A stretch of DNA of 61,564 bases, counting the filler. It is 3 parts of 3 records of this genome, joined end to end, with 100 filler letters (N's around TTAATTAATTAA, not from the genome) between each part and the next. Parts side by side here need not be neighbours in the genome. Positions count along the whole stretch, not along the records: positions 23,827 to 49,953 come from SRR22947725_2216; positions 50,054 to 61,564 come from SRR22947725_2227; 1 more part is not named here. One strand, given 5' to 3'. Positions 40,231-50,133 of the stretch are shown piece after piece. How positions within the stretch are numbered: the stretch's first letter is position 1; each line of letters begins with the position of its first letter. The translations under genes and the position numbers were made by a program. The notes under the pieces were generated by a model. That model was not told the origin of the DNA. It saw only the letters and a program-made list of their open reading frames with translations, and ran no database searches.

Positions 40231-41856
40231 ATGTCAAATGGTTTTTACTCCGTACCAAAACCTATAAATGAACCCGTACTTACATACCGTAAAGGCAGCA
40301 AGGAGCGGGAAGAAGTATTAAACGTTTACAAAGAATTGTACAACAAGGCTGTCGTTGTACCGCTATATATTGGGTCCAAAAAGATTGTTACCGACAAGCA
40401 GTCTAGAATGTCGCCTCCACACGAACACCAACACACACTTGGGCATTATAGCCAAGCAGCACCATCACACGTGACACATGCGATAGACGAAGCATTAGCT
40501 GTCAAATCTAGATGGGAAACGATTTCTTTTGAACATCGCTCAGCAATTTTCTTAAAAGCAGCAGATCTTATCGCGGGTCCTTATCGGGCTAAAATAAACG
40601 CGGCAACAATGCTTGGTCAATCGAAAAATATTTTTCAAGCAGAAATTGATGCTGCCTGTGAATTTGCAGATTTCCTGCGATTTAACGTGTCATTTGCTGC
40701 AGATATTTACGCACAACAGCCTGCTCAAGGCGAAGGCGTTATTAATCGGCTGGAGTATCGTGCCCTAGAAGGTTTTATATATGCGGTTACGCCATTTAAT
40801 TTCACTGCGATTGCCGGAAATCTATGTGCAGCACCCGCTTTAATGGGAAATGTTGTGGTATGGAAACCTAGCGACCATCAAATGTTTTCTGCAAAAATCA
40901 TTATGGATATTTTTGAAGACGCTGGTCTTCCCCCTGGTGTTATTAATCTTATTTCTGGTGATCCTGTTATGATTTCAGATATTGTTTTAGCGCATCCAAG
41001 TTTTGCAGGATTACACTTTACCGGCTCTACCGAAGTATTTAAAAATCTTTGGAAGCAAATTGGGAATAACCTTGATGCCTATCAAAGTTACCCTCGAATT
41101 GTTGGTGAAACTGGGGGCAAGGACTTTATTTTTGCACACAGCAGTGCCGCTATAGCTGAACTTATAACGGCCATCACTAGAGGAGGGTATGAATTTCAGG
41201 GACAAAAATGCTCTGCGGCTTCAAGGATATATTTACCTGAGTCTATTGCCGAAAAGGTAATTGCTGGTGTTGTTGAAAATATAAAACAGTTTACTATTGG
41301 CTCGCCAGAGGATATGAATAATTTTATTACAGCTGTAATTCACGAAAAGTCTTTTGATCGGCTAGCACATTTTATTGATCAAGCAAAAAAAGATGAAGAT
41401 GTAGAACTATTGGCAGGAGGGACTTACGACAAGTCTACAGGCTATTTTATACATCCAACGCTGTTAAAAACATCCAATCCACACTACGCTACTATGGAGA
41501 CTGAACTTTTTGGACCCATTGTAACCATCTATGTGTATCCAGACCATGCTTGTGAAGAAACCTTGGAATTGGTAAATACAACTTCGGATTATGCTCTTAC
41601 AGGCGCCGTTATTGCACAAGACCGCGAGTTTATAGCGTTTGCCTCAGACAGACTACGTCACGCTGCAGGAAATTTTTATATTAATGACAAGCCAAGTGGT
41701 GCTGTGGTTGGGCAACAACCCTTTGGAGGTGGCCGCGCATCGGGAACCAACGACAAAGCTGGTTCTGCACTCAATCTTTTACGCTGGGTTTCCCCTAGGC
41801 TAATAAAGGAAACCCTTGTTCCAGCAACAGATTTTAGGTATCCCTGTATGGACTAA
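40231..41856 (+). CDS. pruA: 1-pyrroline-5-carboxylate (glutamate semialdehyde) dehydrogenase
   Basis: PFNFTAI, FTGST, GETGGK, GQKCSA, ELFGP, QQPFGGGRASGTNDK. Confidence 0.95.
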   Translation: MSNGFYSVPKPINEPVLTYRKGSKEREEVLNVYKELYNKAVVVPLYIGSKKIVTDKQSRMSPPHEHQHTLGHYSQAAPSHVTHAIDEALAVKSRWETISFEHRSAIFLKAADLIAGPYRAKINAATMLGQSKNIFQAEIDAACEFADFLRFNVSFAADIYAQQPAQGEGVINRLEYRALEGFIYAVTPFNFTAIAGNLCAAPALMGNVVVWKPSDHQMFSAKIIMDIFEDAGLPPGVINLISGDPVMISDIVLAHPSFAGLHFTGSTEVFKNLWKQIGNNLDAYQSYPRIVGETGGKDFIFAHSSAAIAELITAITRGGYEFQGQKCSAASRIYLPESIAEKVIAGVVENIKQFTIGSPEDMNNFITAVIHEKSFDRLAHFIDQAKKDEDVELLAGGTYDKSTGYFIHPTLLKTSNPHYATMETELFGPIVTIYVYPDHACEETLELVNTTSDYALTGAVIAQDREFIAFASDRLRHAAGNFYINDKPSGAVVGQQPFGGGRASGTNDKAGSALNLLRWVSPRLIKETLVPATDFRYPCMD

Positions 41857-42476
41857 AGCCGGAGGTAAACTACCATTTTAGTTTCAAAAAACGGATCGGC
41901 AAAATACTGAGACAACGCAAAGGTTTCTGCTTTAGGAAATGCTAAGAGCTCTTCTGACAAATCTCCTCCCTTTAAGTATAAAATACCATTGGCACGTTTA
42001 TGAAGCTGCCGTGAACTGATTTTATGTTTAACCCAAGGCACAAAGCGTTCCATTCGGGTTACAGCACGACTTATTACAAAATCAAAGGTTCCATTTACTG
42101 TTTCAGCACGTTGATGAAATGTGGTAACATTTGACAATTCTAGGGCTTCAGCCACAGCCTTAACTACTTTAATCTTTTTCCCAATAGAGTCAACAAGTGT
42201 AAACTGAACATCCGGAAATAAAATAGCCAATGGAATTCCAGGAAATCCACCTCCAGTACCTACATCCAAAATTTTTGATCGAGGAGCAAAAGATTGGATT
42301 TTTGCAATACCCAAAGAATGTATCAGGTGACGCATATAAAAATGCTCCATATCGGCACGTGAAATAACATTGATTTGTTGATTCCAAAAATCATACAACT
42401 CAAAAAGTTGTTCAAATTGATCTTTTTGCCTTTGTGTTAGGTCGGGGAATTGTTGGTGAATTAATGCTGTTGTCAT
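41853..42476 (-). CDS. rsmG: 16S rRNA m7G527 methyltransferase
   Basis: INVIS, RHLIHSL, LDVGTGGGFPGIPLAI, SRAV. Confidence 0.95.
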   Translation of the reverse strand: MTTALIHQQFPDLTQRQKDQFEQLFELYDFWNQQINVISRADMEHFYMRHLIHSLGIAKIQSFAPRSKILDVGTGGGFPGIPLAILFPDVQFTLVDSIGKKIKVVKAVAEALELSNVTTFHQRAETVNGTFDFVISRAVTRMERFVPWVKHKISSRQLHKRANGILYLKGGDLSEELLAFPKAETFALSQYFADPFFETKMVVYLRL

Positions 42477-42562
42477 AATTATTTTGCAAAAATACGGAAG
42501 CTGTTGATTAAAAATTTACGTTCATCTTATTCTAGCGATTATATTTGAAGAAAATTTAAACT

Positions 42563-43753
42563 ATGAGTAATCCCTTGTCGGAACGCATTAAAAGTTTACC
42601 CGCTTCAGCAACACTTGCTATGGCGGCTAAAGCTAGAGAATTAAAAAATGAAGGTAAAGATATTATTGGTCTTAGCTTAGGCGAGCCTGATTTTAACACC
42701 CCTGAGTTTATTAAAGAAGCAGCTATTGAGGCCATAAACGCAGACTACAACTCTTATACGCCTGTTGATGGGTATGTTGAGCTCAAAGAAGCAATCTGCA
42801 CAAAGTTTAAGCGCGATAATGGATTATCATATAAACCCAATCAAATAGTTGTTTCAACCGGAGCAAAGCAATCCATAGCGAATGCCGTACAGGTACTTAT
42901 CAATCCTGGTGATGATGTGTTGTTAGTGGCGCCGTACTGGGTAAGTTATTCAGCCATGGTTATTCTTGCAGAAGGAAATCCCATTGAAATTAGATCGGGA
43001 ATTGAAACTGATTTTAAAATCACTCCTGATCAACTAAAAGCAGCCATCACGCCAAAAACTAAATTGGTCATGCTTAATTCTCCAAATAATCCGAGTGGCT
43101 CCATGTACACTAAAGAAGAATACGAAGCATTAGCAACTATTCTTGAGCAGTACCCTAACATCTATGTGTTGTCAGATGAAATTTATGAACATATCCACTA
43201 TGACGGAGCAACGCCTTTCAGTTTTGCTGCAATACCAAGTATGTTTGATCGAACGATCACCGTTAATGGGCTTGCAAAAGCATTTGCGATGACAGGCTGG
43301 CGTATTGGTTACCTTGGCGGACCAGAATGGCTCGCTAAAGCGTGTACAAAAATCCAAGGGCAGGTAACTAGTGGTACGAATTGTATTGCACAACGTGCAG
43401 CAATAACAGCAGTTCTAGCACCAGTTGGTAAAATAAAATTTATGGTCGATGAGTTTGATTTTCGTCGAAAGCGCATCATTGATTTATTACAAGATATTGA
43501 AGGCTTTACAGTTAATGTGCCGAAAGGAGCTTTTTATGTTTTCCCTGATATTTCGTCATTTTTTGGTAAAACACTCAAAGGGACTGTTATAGAAAATGCA
43601 TCCGACTTTGCCATGTATTTATTGGAAGAATCCAACGTGGCTACTGTAACTGGAGATGCCTTTGGATGTCCAAATAACATTCGTATTTCTTACGCAGCAT
43701 CCCTTGAAAATATTGAAGAGGCTATGCGACGAATTCGTGAAGCCGTTAGCTAG
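42563..43753 (+). CDS. aspC: Aspartate/class I PLP-dependent aminotransferase
   Basis: GEPDF, NSPNNPSG, SDEIY, GLAKAFAMTGWRIG. Confidence 0.9.
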   Translation: MSNPLSERIKSLPASATLAMAAKARELKNEGKDIIGLSLGEPDFNTPEFIKEAAIEAINADYNSYTPVDGYVELKEAICTKFKRDNGLSYKPNQIVVSTGAKQSIANAVQVLINPGDDVLLVAPYWVSYSAMVILAEGNPIEIRSGIETDFKITPDQLKAAITPKTKLVMLNSPNNPSGSMYTKEEYEALATILEQYPNIYVLSDEIYEHIHYDGATPFSFAAIPSMFDRTITVNGLAKAFAMTGWRIGYLGGPEWLAKACTKIQGQVTSGTNCIAQRAAITAVLAPVGKIKFMVDEFDFRRKRIIDLLQDIEGFTVNVPKGAFYVFPDISSFFGKTLKGTVIENASDFAMYLLEESNVATVTGDAFGCPNNIRISYAASLENIEEAMRRIREAVS

Positions 43754-45237
43754 TGGTTACGCCAGTAATAGGGCGTTAGTAAAATAAGTACGGTAAACAA
43801 CTCGAGTCTGCCGATAAGCATAAGAATAGCGCACCACCACTTACCCAATAATGGGAGTGAATTGAATGTTGATGCTGGCCCTACACCTCCAAGTCCTGGG
43901 CCTACATTCCCTAAAGAACTTGCAGCACCACCTATAGCCGTTGTAAAGTCCAGACCCATCGTACTAAGGACTCCTGCCCCAATGATAAACAATATCATGT
44001 AGAGGATGAAAAATGCGAGTACATTATAAACAATGGATTGTTCAACAGTTACTTTGTTTAGGCGCACCATCAAAATTGCGTTTGGGTGCAACGCACGTTT
44101 AAATTCTAGAAAACCGTTTTTTATTAAGATTAGATGTCGCATTACTTTTACCCCACCAGAAGTTGACCCTGTTGAGCCCCCTAAAAACATCAAACCAAAA
44201 AACAACATGGTAACAAATGGTGACCATGCTGTAAAATCGGCAGTTACTAAACCTGTGGTTGTAATTACTGCTACTACTTGAAATAACGCATGTCTAAACG
44301 ATTGTTCCCAAACAGACCAAGTATTTAATTCGGTAGTGTAGTAGCCTCCGTTTTTAATAATAGAAAACATTACAATAAAGACAAAAACGGAGATAAGTCC
44401 AATATACCATCTAAACTCTGTGTCTCTTATAACCCTTTTAAAATTTCCTTTAAGTGCAAAGTATAGCAGCACAAAATTACTACCCGCTAGAACCATAAAG
44501 AATACGGTGATATATTGAATCTGTGGAATATGATTCCAATGCCCGATACTGGCGTTTTTTGTTGAGAACCCACCAGAAGCCATCGTACTCATACCATGGT
44601 TAATCGCATCAAACAGAGGCATTCCAGAAACGTATAACAATAATGCATTTACAAAAGTTAAGGTCACATAAATTAGCCATAACCGTTTGGCGGTATCGCT
44701 TATACGTGGGTGTAGCTTATCCCCTCCAAGAACTGGGGCTTCCGCGCTGAAAAGCTGCATTCCACCTATTCCAAGTAAGGGTAAAATGGCAATGGCCAAA
44801 ACAATAATTCCCATGCCACCCATCCAATGCGTTAACGAGCGCCACAAGATGATACTTTTGGGCAGGGATTCTATGTCATCCAAAATGGTTGCTCCTGTGG
44901 CAGTATAGCCTGACATAGTTTCAAAAAAAGCATCTGTAATGGAGGAAATACTCCCCGTAAAAAGATAGGGAAGTGTACCAAAAATAACCATGGTCAACCA
45001 TCCAAAAGTGACAATTACATAGCCCTCTCGCTTTTTAATTTCTTTCTTATGATTTAGAGTAAACCCCATAGCAAGACCGCCAATTCCAAGACTTACTAAG
45101 AAGGACAGTAGAAGTCCATTAGTTGCTCCGTCTTGCATCGTATAACTACTAAGGCATGCAATCCCCATAAAAAGGGCATTAAACAGCAGTAGCAGTCCTA
45201 AAATGTGTACGATAAGTTTAAGGTTAAACCCTTTCAT
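43750..45237 (-). CDS. trkH: Trk potassium uptake membrane protein
   Basis: FETMSGYTATGA, GGMGII, GSTSGGVK, LGNVGPG, GRLE. Confidence 0.95.
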   Translation of the reverse strand: MKGFNLKLIVHILGLLLLFNALFMGIACLSSYTMQDGATNGLLLSFLVSLGIGGLAMGFTLNHKKEIKKREGYVIVTFGWLTMVIFGTLPYLFTGSISSITDAFFETMSGYTATGATILDDIESLPKSIILWRSLTHWMGGMGIIVLAIAILPLLGIGGMQLFSAEAPVLGGDKLHPRISDTAKRLWLIYVTLTFVNALLLYVSGMPLFDAINHGMSTMASGGFSTKNASIGHWNHIPQIQYITVFFMVLAGSNFVLLYFALKGNFKRVIRDTEFRWYIGLISVFVFIVMFSIIKNGGYYTTELNTWSVWEQSFRHALFQVVAVITTTGLVTADFTAWSPFVTMLFFGLMFLGGSTGSTSGGVKVMRHLILIKNGFLEFKRALHPNAILMVRLNKVTVEQSIVYNVLAFFILYMILFIIGAGVLSTMGLDFTTAIGGAASSLGNVGPGLGGVGPASTFNSLPLLGKWWCAILMLIGRLELFTVLILLTPYYWRNH

Positions 45238-45240
45238 GGT

Positions 45241-46590
45241 CTATAAAAAAAGTTGCTCTACTCTTCTGATGGATTGCGGTAAGCAGCAAACCAGCACAAG
45301 ATCTTCATCTTCAATAATAAAATCTCCTAATGCAATAATACCAACACCATTTCGAACAACCCCGCCAATTGTAGCCGTTTTAGGGAAATCTAAATCTTTA
45401 ATGGATTTGCCAATAACTTTAGCGCCAGTTTTTACTTTAAACTCTACAATTTCAGCATCCATATTGTTGAGTTTTGCCAAATCTACTACCTCTCCCCTTC
45501 TTATGTATCGAAATATAGTATTTGCTGTTAGCATTTTTTTATTCACTAGAGTATCAACTCCTATGGACTTTGTTAGTTCAAAGTAATCCATGTTTTCAAT
45601 AAGCGCAATGATTTTGTGAACATGCTTCGACTTTGCCATAAGGCAAGACATAATATTTGTTTCTGCATCGTTAGTAACGCCTAAAAAAGCGTCCATTTCG
45701 TCTAGATTTTCCTCTAACATCAGCTCCACATTACGTCCATCGCCATGAATAATTAGGGTGTCGGGTAAGCGCTCAGCCATTTCAATAGCTCGATCCTTGT
45801 CAAGTTCAATGAGTTTTACGTTAATCCCTTTCCTGCAAAGATCTTCGGCTGTTTTAAAACCAACACGACCGCCGCCCAAAATCATTACATTTTTAATTTT
45901 GTTTTTTACCTCACCTGTTAGGCTGTATAACTCAGAGACGCCTTCAGGCAGGGTGGTGAAATAAACCTGATCGCCTTGTTCAAAGCATGTGTCTCCTCTT
46001 GGAATTATGGTATTTACTCCTTCCAAGCGTTTTATCGCTATGGGCATAAAATGAACTCCAGGAAAAACCGCAGCTGCCTCTCGAACTGTTTTGCCAATAA
46101 AAGGTGCATCCTCTTCTAAGGTGGTGCCCATCATGGTCAATGCCCCATTCTCAAATTCGTGGCTGTTTTCAAAAGCAGACTGGTGAATAAGTAATTGGAT
46201 TTCTTCAGCTGCCAATTCCTCAGGTGAAACCAACTCGTCTATTCCTAAGGCTTTAAAGTCAACATCGTCTTTATATTTTTCAAATTCAATATCGGTAACA
46301 CGGGCTATGGTTTGTTTACATCCCAATTGTTTTGCAAGTAGGCAACACATGAGATTCGTTGTTTCCGAATGAGTTACAGCAATCATCATATCAGCATTAG
46401 CAACGCCCCCCTTTTTAAGAGTGCCCAATGCTGCAGGATCTCCCTTTATTGCACGAATATCCAAATGATTTTCGGCATAGTTTAATGCTTCTTTATCAAG
46501 ATCAATTAGGGTAATGTCTTGGGCCTCGAACGAGAGTAATTTGGCTAGGTGAAAGCCAATGTCGCTGGCACCAGCGATGATAATATTCAT
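45241..46590 (-). CDS. trkA: Trk potassium uptake NAD-binding protein
   Basis: Two RCK/Rossmann units (IIIAGASDIG; ILGGGRVG). Confidence 0.95.
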   Translation of the reverse strand: MNIIIAGASDIGFHLAKLLSFEAQDITLIDLDKEALNYAENHLDIRAIKGDPAALGTLKKGGVANADMMIAVTHSETTNLMCCLLAKQLGCKQTIARVTDIEFEKYKDDVDFKALGIDELVSPEELAAEEIQLLIHQSAFENSHEFENGALTMMGTTLEEDAPFIGKTVREAAAVFPGVHFMPIAIKRLEGVNTIIPRGDTCFEQGDQVYFTTLPEGVSELYSLTGEVKNKIKNVMILGGGRVGFKTAEDLCRKGINVKLIELDKDRAIEMAERLPDTLIIHGDGRNVELMLEENLDEMDAFLGVTNDAETNIMSCLMAKSKHVHKIIALIENMDYFELTKSIGVDTLVNKKMLTANTIFRYIRRGEVVDLAKLNNMDAEIVEFKVKTGAKVIGKSIKDLDFPKTATIGGVVRNGVGIIALGDFIIEDEDLVLVCCLPQSIRRVEQLFL

Positions 46591-46682
46591 CTAAAATTGC
46601 TATTATATACTGCAAATATAACAAGTTTATTATCAGTGATGCATTTTAATCAAACGCTAGATAATAGCTACCTTTGCTGGCT

Positions 46683-47408
46683 ATGAGTAAAAACATCACT
46701 CCTTACAAAGACTCGACGCTATCCAAAAAGGAACAAGTAACCCTTATGTTTGACCGAATTGCTCAAAAATACAACGGGCTAAATCGCGTGTTGTCTTTGG
46801 GGCTCGACAAAGGGTGGCGAAAAAAAATGGTGGCACTGGTTCGAAAACAACAGGCTACAAGTGTATTGGATGTTGCTACAGGAACTGGAGATGTTGCTAT
46901 TGCCATGAGTACTATTGCATCTCTTTCAATTCATGCCGTTGATTTATCGACACAAATGCTGGCAGTTCAAGCTGAGGAACTTGAAAAATTAAAACTCTCC
47001 GACAGAATTACCCTTGCCATAGCTGATGCCGAAAAGTTGCCTTATAAATCGCAATTTGATGCCGTGACTGTTGCATTTGGTATTCGAAATTTTGCAAATC
47101 TGAGCGTAGGTCTAAGTGAAATGTTTCGTGTGCTAAACCCAAAAGGATGTTTGTATGTGCTTGAAACATCTCGACCAAAAAAATTCCCAATGCGGCAAGC
47201 ACATTTTATCATGTCTCGCATCCTTATTCCAACAATGGGAAAGCTTTTTGCTGAAGATAAAGGAGCCTATGCATATCTTGGAGAATCTGCGGCACACTTC
47301 CCTGATGGCGTTGCATTATGCAATAAATTAAGGGAAGTTGGGTTTACTAAAGTAACGCACAAACCACTAAGTGGTGGTGTGGTAAGCCTGTACATAGCCG
47401 AAAAATGA
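46683..47408 (+). CDS. menG: Demethylmenaquinone methyltransferase (MenG/UbiE)
   Basis: KKEQV..MFDRIA..Y..LNRVLSLG, LDVATGTGD, AFGIRNF; start 46683 after TACCTTTG. Confidence 0.92.
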   Translation: MSKNITPYKDSTLSKKEQVTLMFDRIAQKYNGLNRVLSLGLDKGWRKKMVALVRKQQATSVLDVATGTGDVAIAMSTIASLSIHAVDLSTQMLAVQAEELEKLKLSDRITLAIADAEKLPYKSQFDAVTVAFGIRNFANLSVGLSEMFRVLNPKGCLYVLETSRPKKFPMRQAHFIMSRILIPTMGKLFAEDKGAYAYLGESAAHFPDGVALCNKLREVGFTKVTHKPLSGGVVSLYIAEK

Positions 47409-48112
47409 AACTTTTTATATTTATTGTACTCTTTTTTACAACTCTAACTGGTGGTTACGGTCAAGACTACCGGTCTGAAAACCTTAAAATTGAAGACAAG
47501 AAACTTTTGCGTTTTGGATATTATATTGGAATCAATTCAGTTGGCGCAAAAATGGAGTACCACCCCACAGCAACTGGCCAACCCTTTCGAATTCAGGTAA
47601 CGCAAAAACCGAGTTTTGATGTTGGGTTACTTGCAGATTTTAGAATCAATGAATTTCTAAACATCCGTTTTCACCCCGGTGTTGCGTTTGTTGAACGAGA
47701 TATTTTATTTCCATTTTCAGAGACTAGTTTTTCAAAATCACTTTTAGAGCGAAACCTTAAATCAAACTATGTGCGTTTGCCTATTGGTATAAAACTAAAT
47801 ACACGACGTATTCGCAATGCCCGTCCATATATAATGGGGAGTTTGTCTTACAATATGAATATTACTAGCGAAGAAAACAACTCAGAGGATAATGAATCAG
47901 GGACCTTTAGAATGAAAAGCACCATGTATGCTTGGGAATTTGCTATTGGTTCTGATATTTACTTACCCTTTTTTAAGTTCTCTCCTTCAATTCACGGGAT
48001 TTTTGCATTAAACGATGAGTTTGTACCAGACGAGGACCCAAACAGCCCGTTTACAAAAAATATTAAATCAATGAAAACCCGTGGGGTATTTCTTCGATTT
48101 ACGTTCGAATAG
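47405..48112 (+). CDS. porT: T9SS outer-membrane beta-barrel PorT/SprT
   Basis: Signal peptide, amphipathic strands, D...LRFGYYIGIN, FKFSPSI, C-terminal FTFE; menG-porT synteny. Confidence 0.82.
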   Translation: MKLFIFIVLFFTTLTGGYGQDYRSENLKIEDKKLLRFGYYIGINSVGAKMEYHPTATGQPFRIQVTQKPSFDVGLLADFRINEFLNIRFHPGVAFVERDILFPFSETSFSKSLLERNLKSNYVRLPIGIKLNTRRIRNARPYIMGSLSYNMNITSEENNSEDNESGTFRMKSTMYAWEFAIGSDIYLPFFKFSPSIHGIFALNDEFVPDEDPNSPFTKNIKSMKTRGVFLRFTFE

Positions 48113-48113
48113 G

Positions 48114-48830
48114 TTACCGTTTACAAAATTCGCTTAGTAATATTCCAGTAGCCATGGCTACATTAAGACTTTCAGCAGCAGGGTTTCCGTAAGAAGGAAT
48201 CGATACATTTTTTTTAGTCAACGCAGCTATATTTTCAGAGATGCCATGTCCCTCATTCCCCAGAACAAGAACAGCGTTAGTAGGTAGGGTTGTTTCGTAA
48301 ATGGGAACACCTCCAACCGCAGTCCCCACAACAGCTAAATCGTGCGTATTAAAACAAGCTGCCAAATCAACGTAATGTACTTGAACCTTAGAAAGCGACC
48401 CCATACTAGCTTGTACCACTTTGGGGTTATAGCAATCAACGGTGTCAGTCGAGCAAAGCAATTGTTTGATGCCAAACCAATCGCAAAGGCGAATTATAGT
48501 TCCAAGATTTCCTGGATCACGAACACCATCCAAAGCAAGGTTTAATTTCTGTGGTAAATAAGATAATGAGGTGGGAATTGAAAATGCTGCCCAAAATGCA
48601 GGAGGCGTTATAAGATTGGTCAATTTATTCATTTCAACAGATGTAATTACTTCAAATGGAATACTTATTGAAGTTGATGAATCAAGACCAAAACAATGTA
48701 TTAGCTTATACCCGTTTTTCAAAAAAGTAAGGATCGCCTTATCCCCTTCAACTGAAAAAAGTTGGTGCTGATTTCGGTATTTTTTTTGGCCTAATTGGCC
48801 CAACTGTTTTAATATGTTTTTGGTAACCAT
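48114..48830 (-). CDS. TrmH/SpoU family RNA methyltransferase
   Basis: DGVRDPGNLGTIIR, GNEGHG, ESLNVAMA; start reassigned to ATG 48830. Confidence 0.92.
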   Translation of the reverse strand: MVTKNILKQLGQLGQKKYRNQHQLFSVEGDKAILTFLKNGYKLIHCFGLDSSTSISIPFEVITSVEMNKLTNLITPPAFWAAFSIPTSLSYLPQKLNLALDGVRDPGNLGTIIRLCDWFGIKQLLCSTDTVDCYNPKVVQASMGSLSKVQVHYVDLAACFNTHDLAVVGTAVGGVPIYETTLPTNAVLVLGNEGHGISENIAALTKKNVSIPSYGNPAAESLNVAMATGILLSEFCKR

Positions 48831-48867
48831 GTATTTGGTGTATTTTTGAATAATCACAACATAACTG

Positions 48868-49953
48868 TTGACTACACATTTTTCAAAAATACTAGGTTTT
48901 TTCATGCTTTCGGCATTGATAATAGGATGTTCTGCAACACAGCACTTACCCGAGGGGACTGTATTGTTACATAAAAACATGGTTATTGTTGACAACGAAA
49001 TTGCAGTTGACTCAGTCGAAAACATCATTCATCCCAAACCCAATAAACGATTTTTGGGTATTCCTTTTGGATTACTCCTTTACCAATCAGCAAATGACAG
49101 CGCTGCGATCGAATTTGACCGATGGATTGCCAAAAATCCAAAGCGTCAAAAGCGAATGCAGGCACTTTGGTCCGAAAAGCAAGTAGCCAAAATGAAAAAT
49201 TACAAGCTAGGGTTTCAGCAATGGAAAAAAAACACAGGAGAACCCCCCGTAATAACTGACTCACTACTCAGAACATCCAACGCTAATAAGCTACGTTCTT
49301 TTTTCTCTAATGAAGGATATTTTAATGTAGCCGTTGCGACAAAAGCAGAAACTTCAAATCAAAAAGCTAAAGTTCACTATAATGTTGAAACAAATACACC
49401 CTACTTTTTAGACAGTATTAACGCGACAATTGAAAGCCCTGTTTTGGATTCTATTTATCGGGCAACTAGTGCACAAAGCACTCTTAAAAAAGGCAATAGA
49501 TATCGCACAAATGACTTTGAACAGGAACGAAATCGATTGTTTACATTATTTCGTAATGCTGGTGTTTATCCCTTTCAATTAAACTCTATAGATTTTAGCG
49601 TAGGCATTGATTCAACAGGTTTCGACTACCGCCTTCCTGTTGATATAAATATTCGAAACCACATCGAAAACCAAGATGGTATAACTGTCGAAAAAATATA
49701 CAAGGTGTCCAAGATGAATACATTAAACGTGTTTGTTGGAAATCCTGGGGATACAGGAAGCAACCCTTACGATTCTATTGGCGTTTTTAAGGGCATCCAT
49801 TTTTATAGTCAAGGAAAAATGCGCTATAGCAAGCGCCTACTTCGGGATGCAATCCCTTTCAAGCCAACCGATTTGTATAGCGACAATGCGCGAAGCCTGA
49901 CATTAAAACAACTAACACGTTTACAAAGTTTTGATTACCCAACAATTCGGTAT
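48868..49953 (+). CDS. tamL: Omp85/BamA-TamA family lipoprotein (TamL-like), 3'-truncated
   Basis: LIIGC lipobox, PNKRFLG, GEPPV, GYF POTRA features; divergent from trmH. Confidence 0.8.
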
Positions 49954-50053
49954 NNNNNNNNNNNNNNNNNNNNNNNNNNNNNNNNNNNNNNNNNNNNTTA
50001 ATTAATTAANNNNNNNNNNNNNNNNNNNNNNNNNNNNNNNNNNNNNNNNNNNN
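49954..50053. other. Artificial contig linker (N44-TTAATTAATTAA-N44)
   Basis: Identical to the linker at 23727-23826. Confidence 0.98.
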
Positions 50054-50133
50054 AATTATATCTTCATGATTATCCTCGAGCATGGAAGATATGTGTCCAA
50101 AGCTTCATCTTGTAATAAGGCAATCTAAGACGA

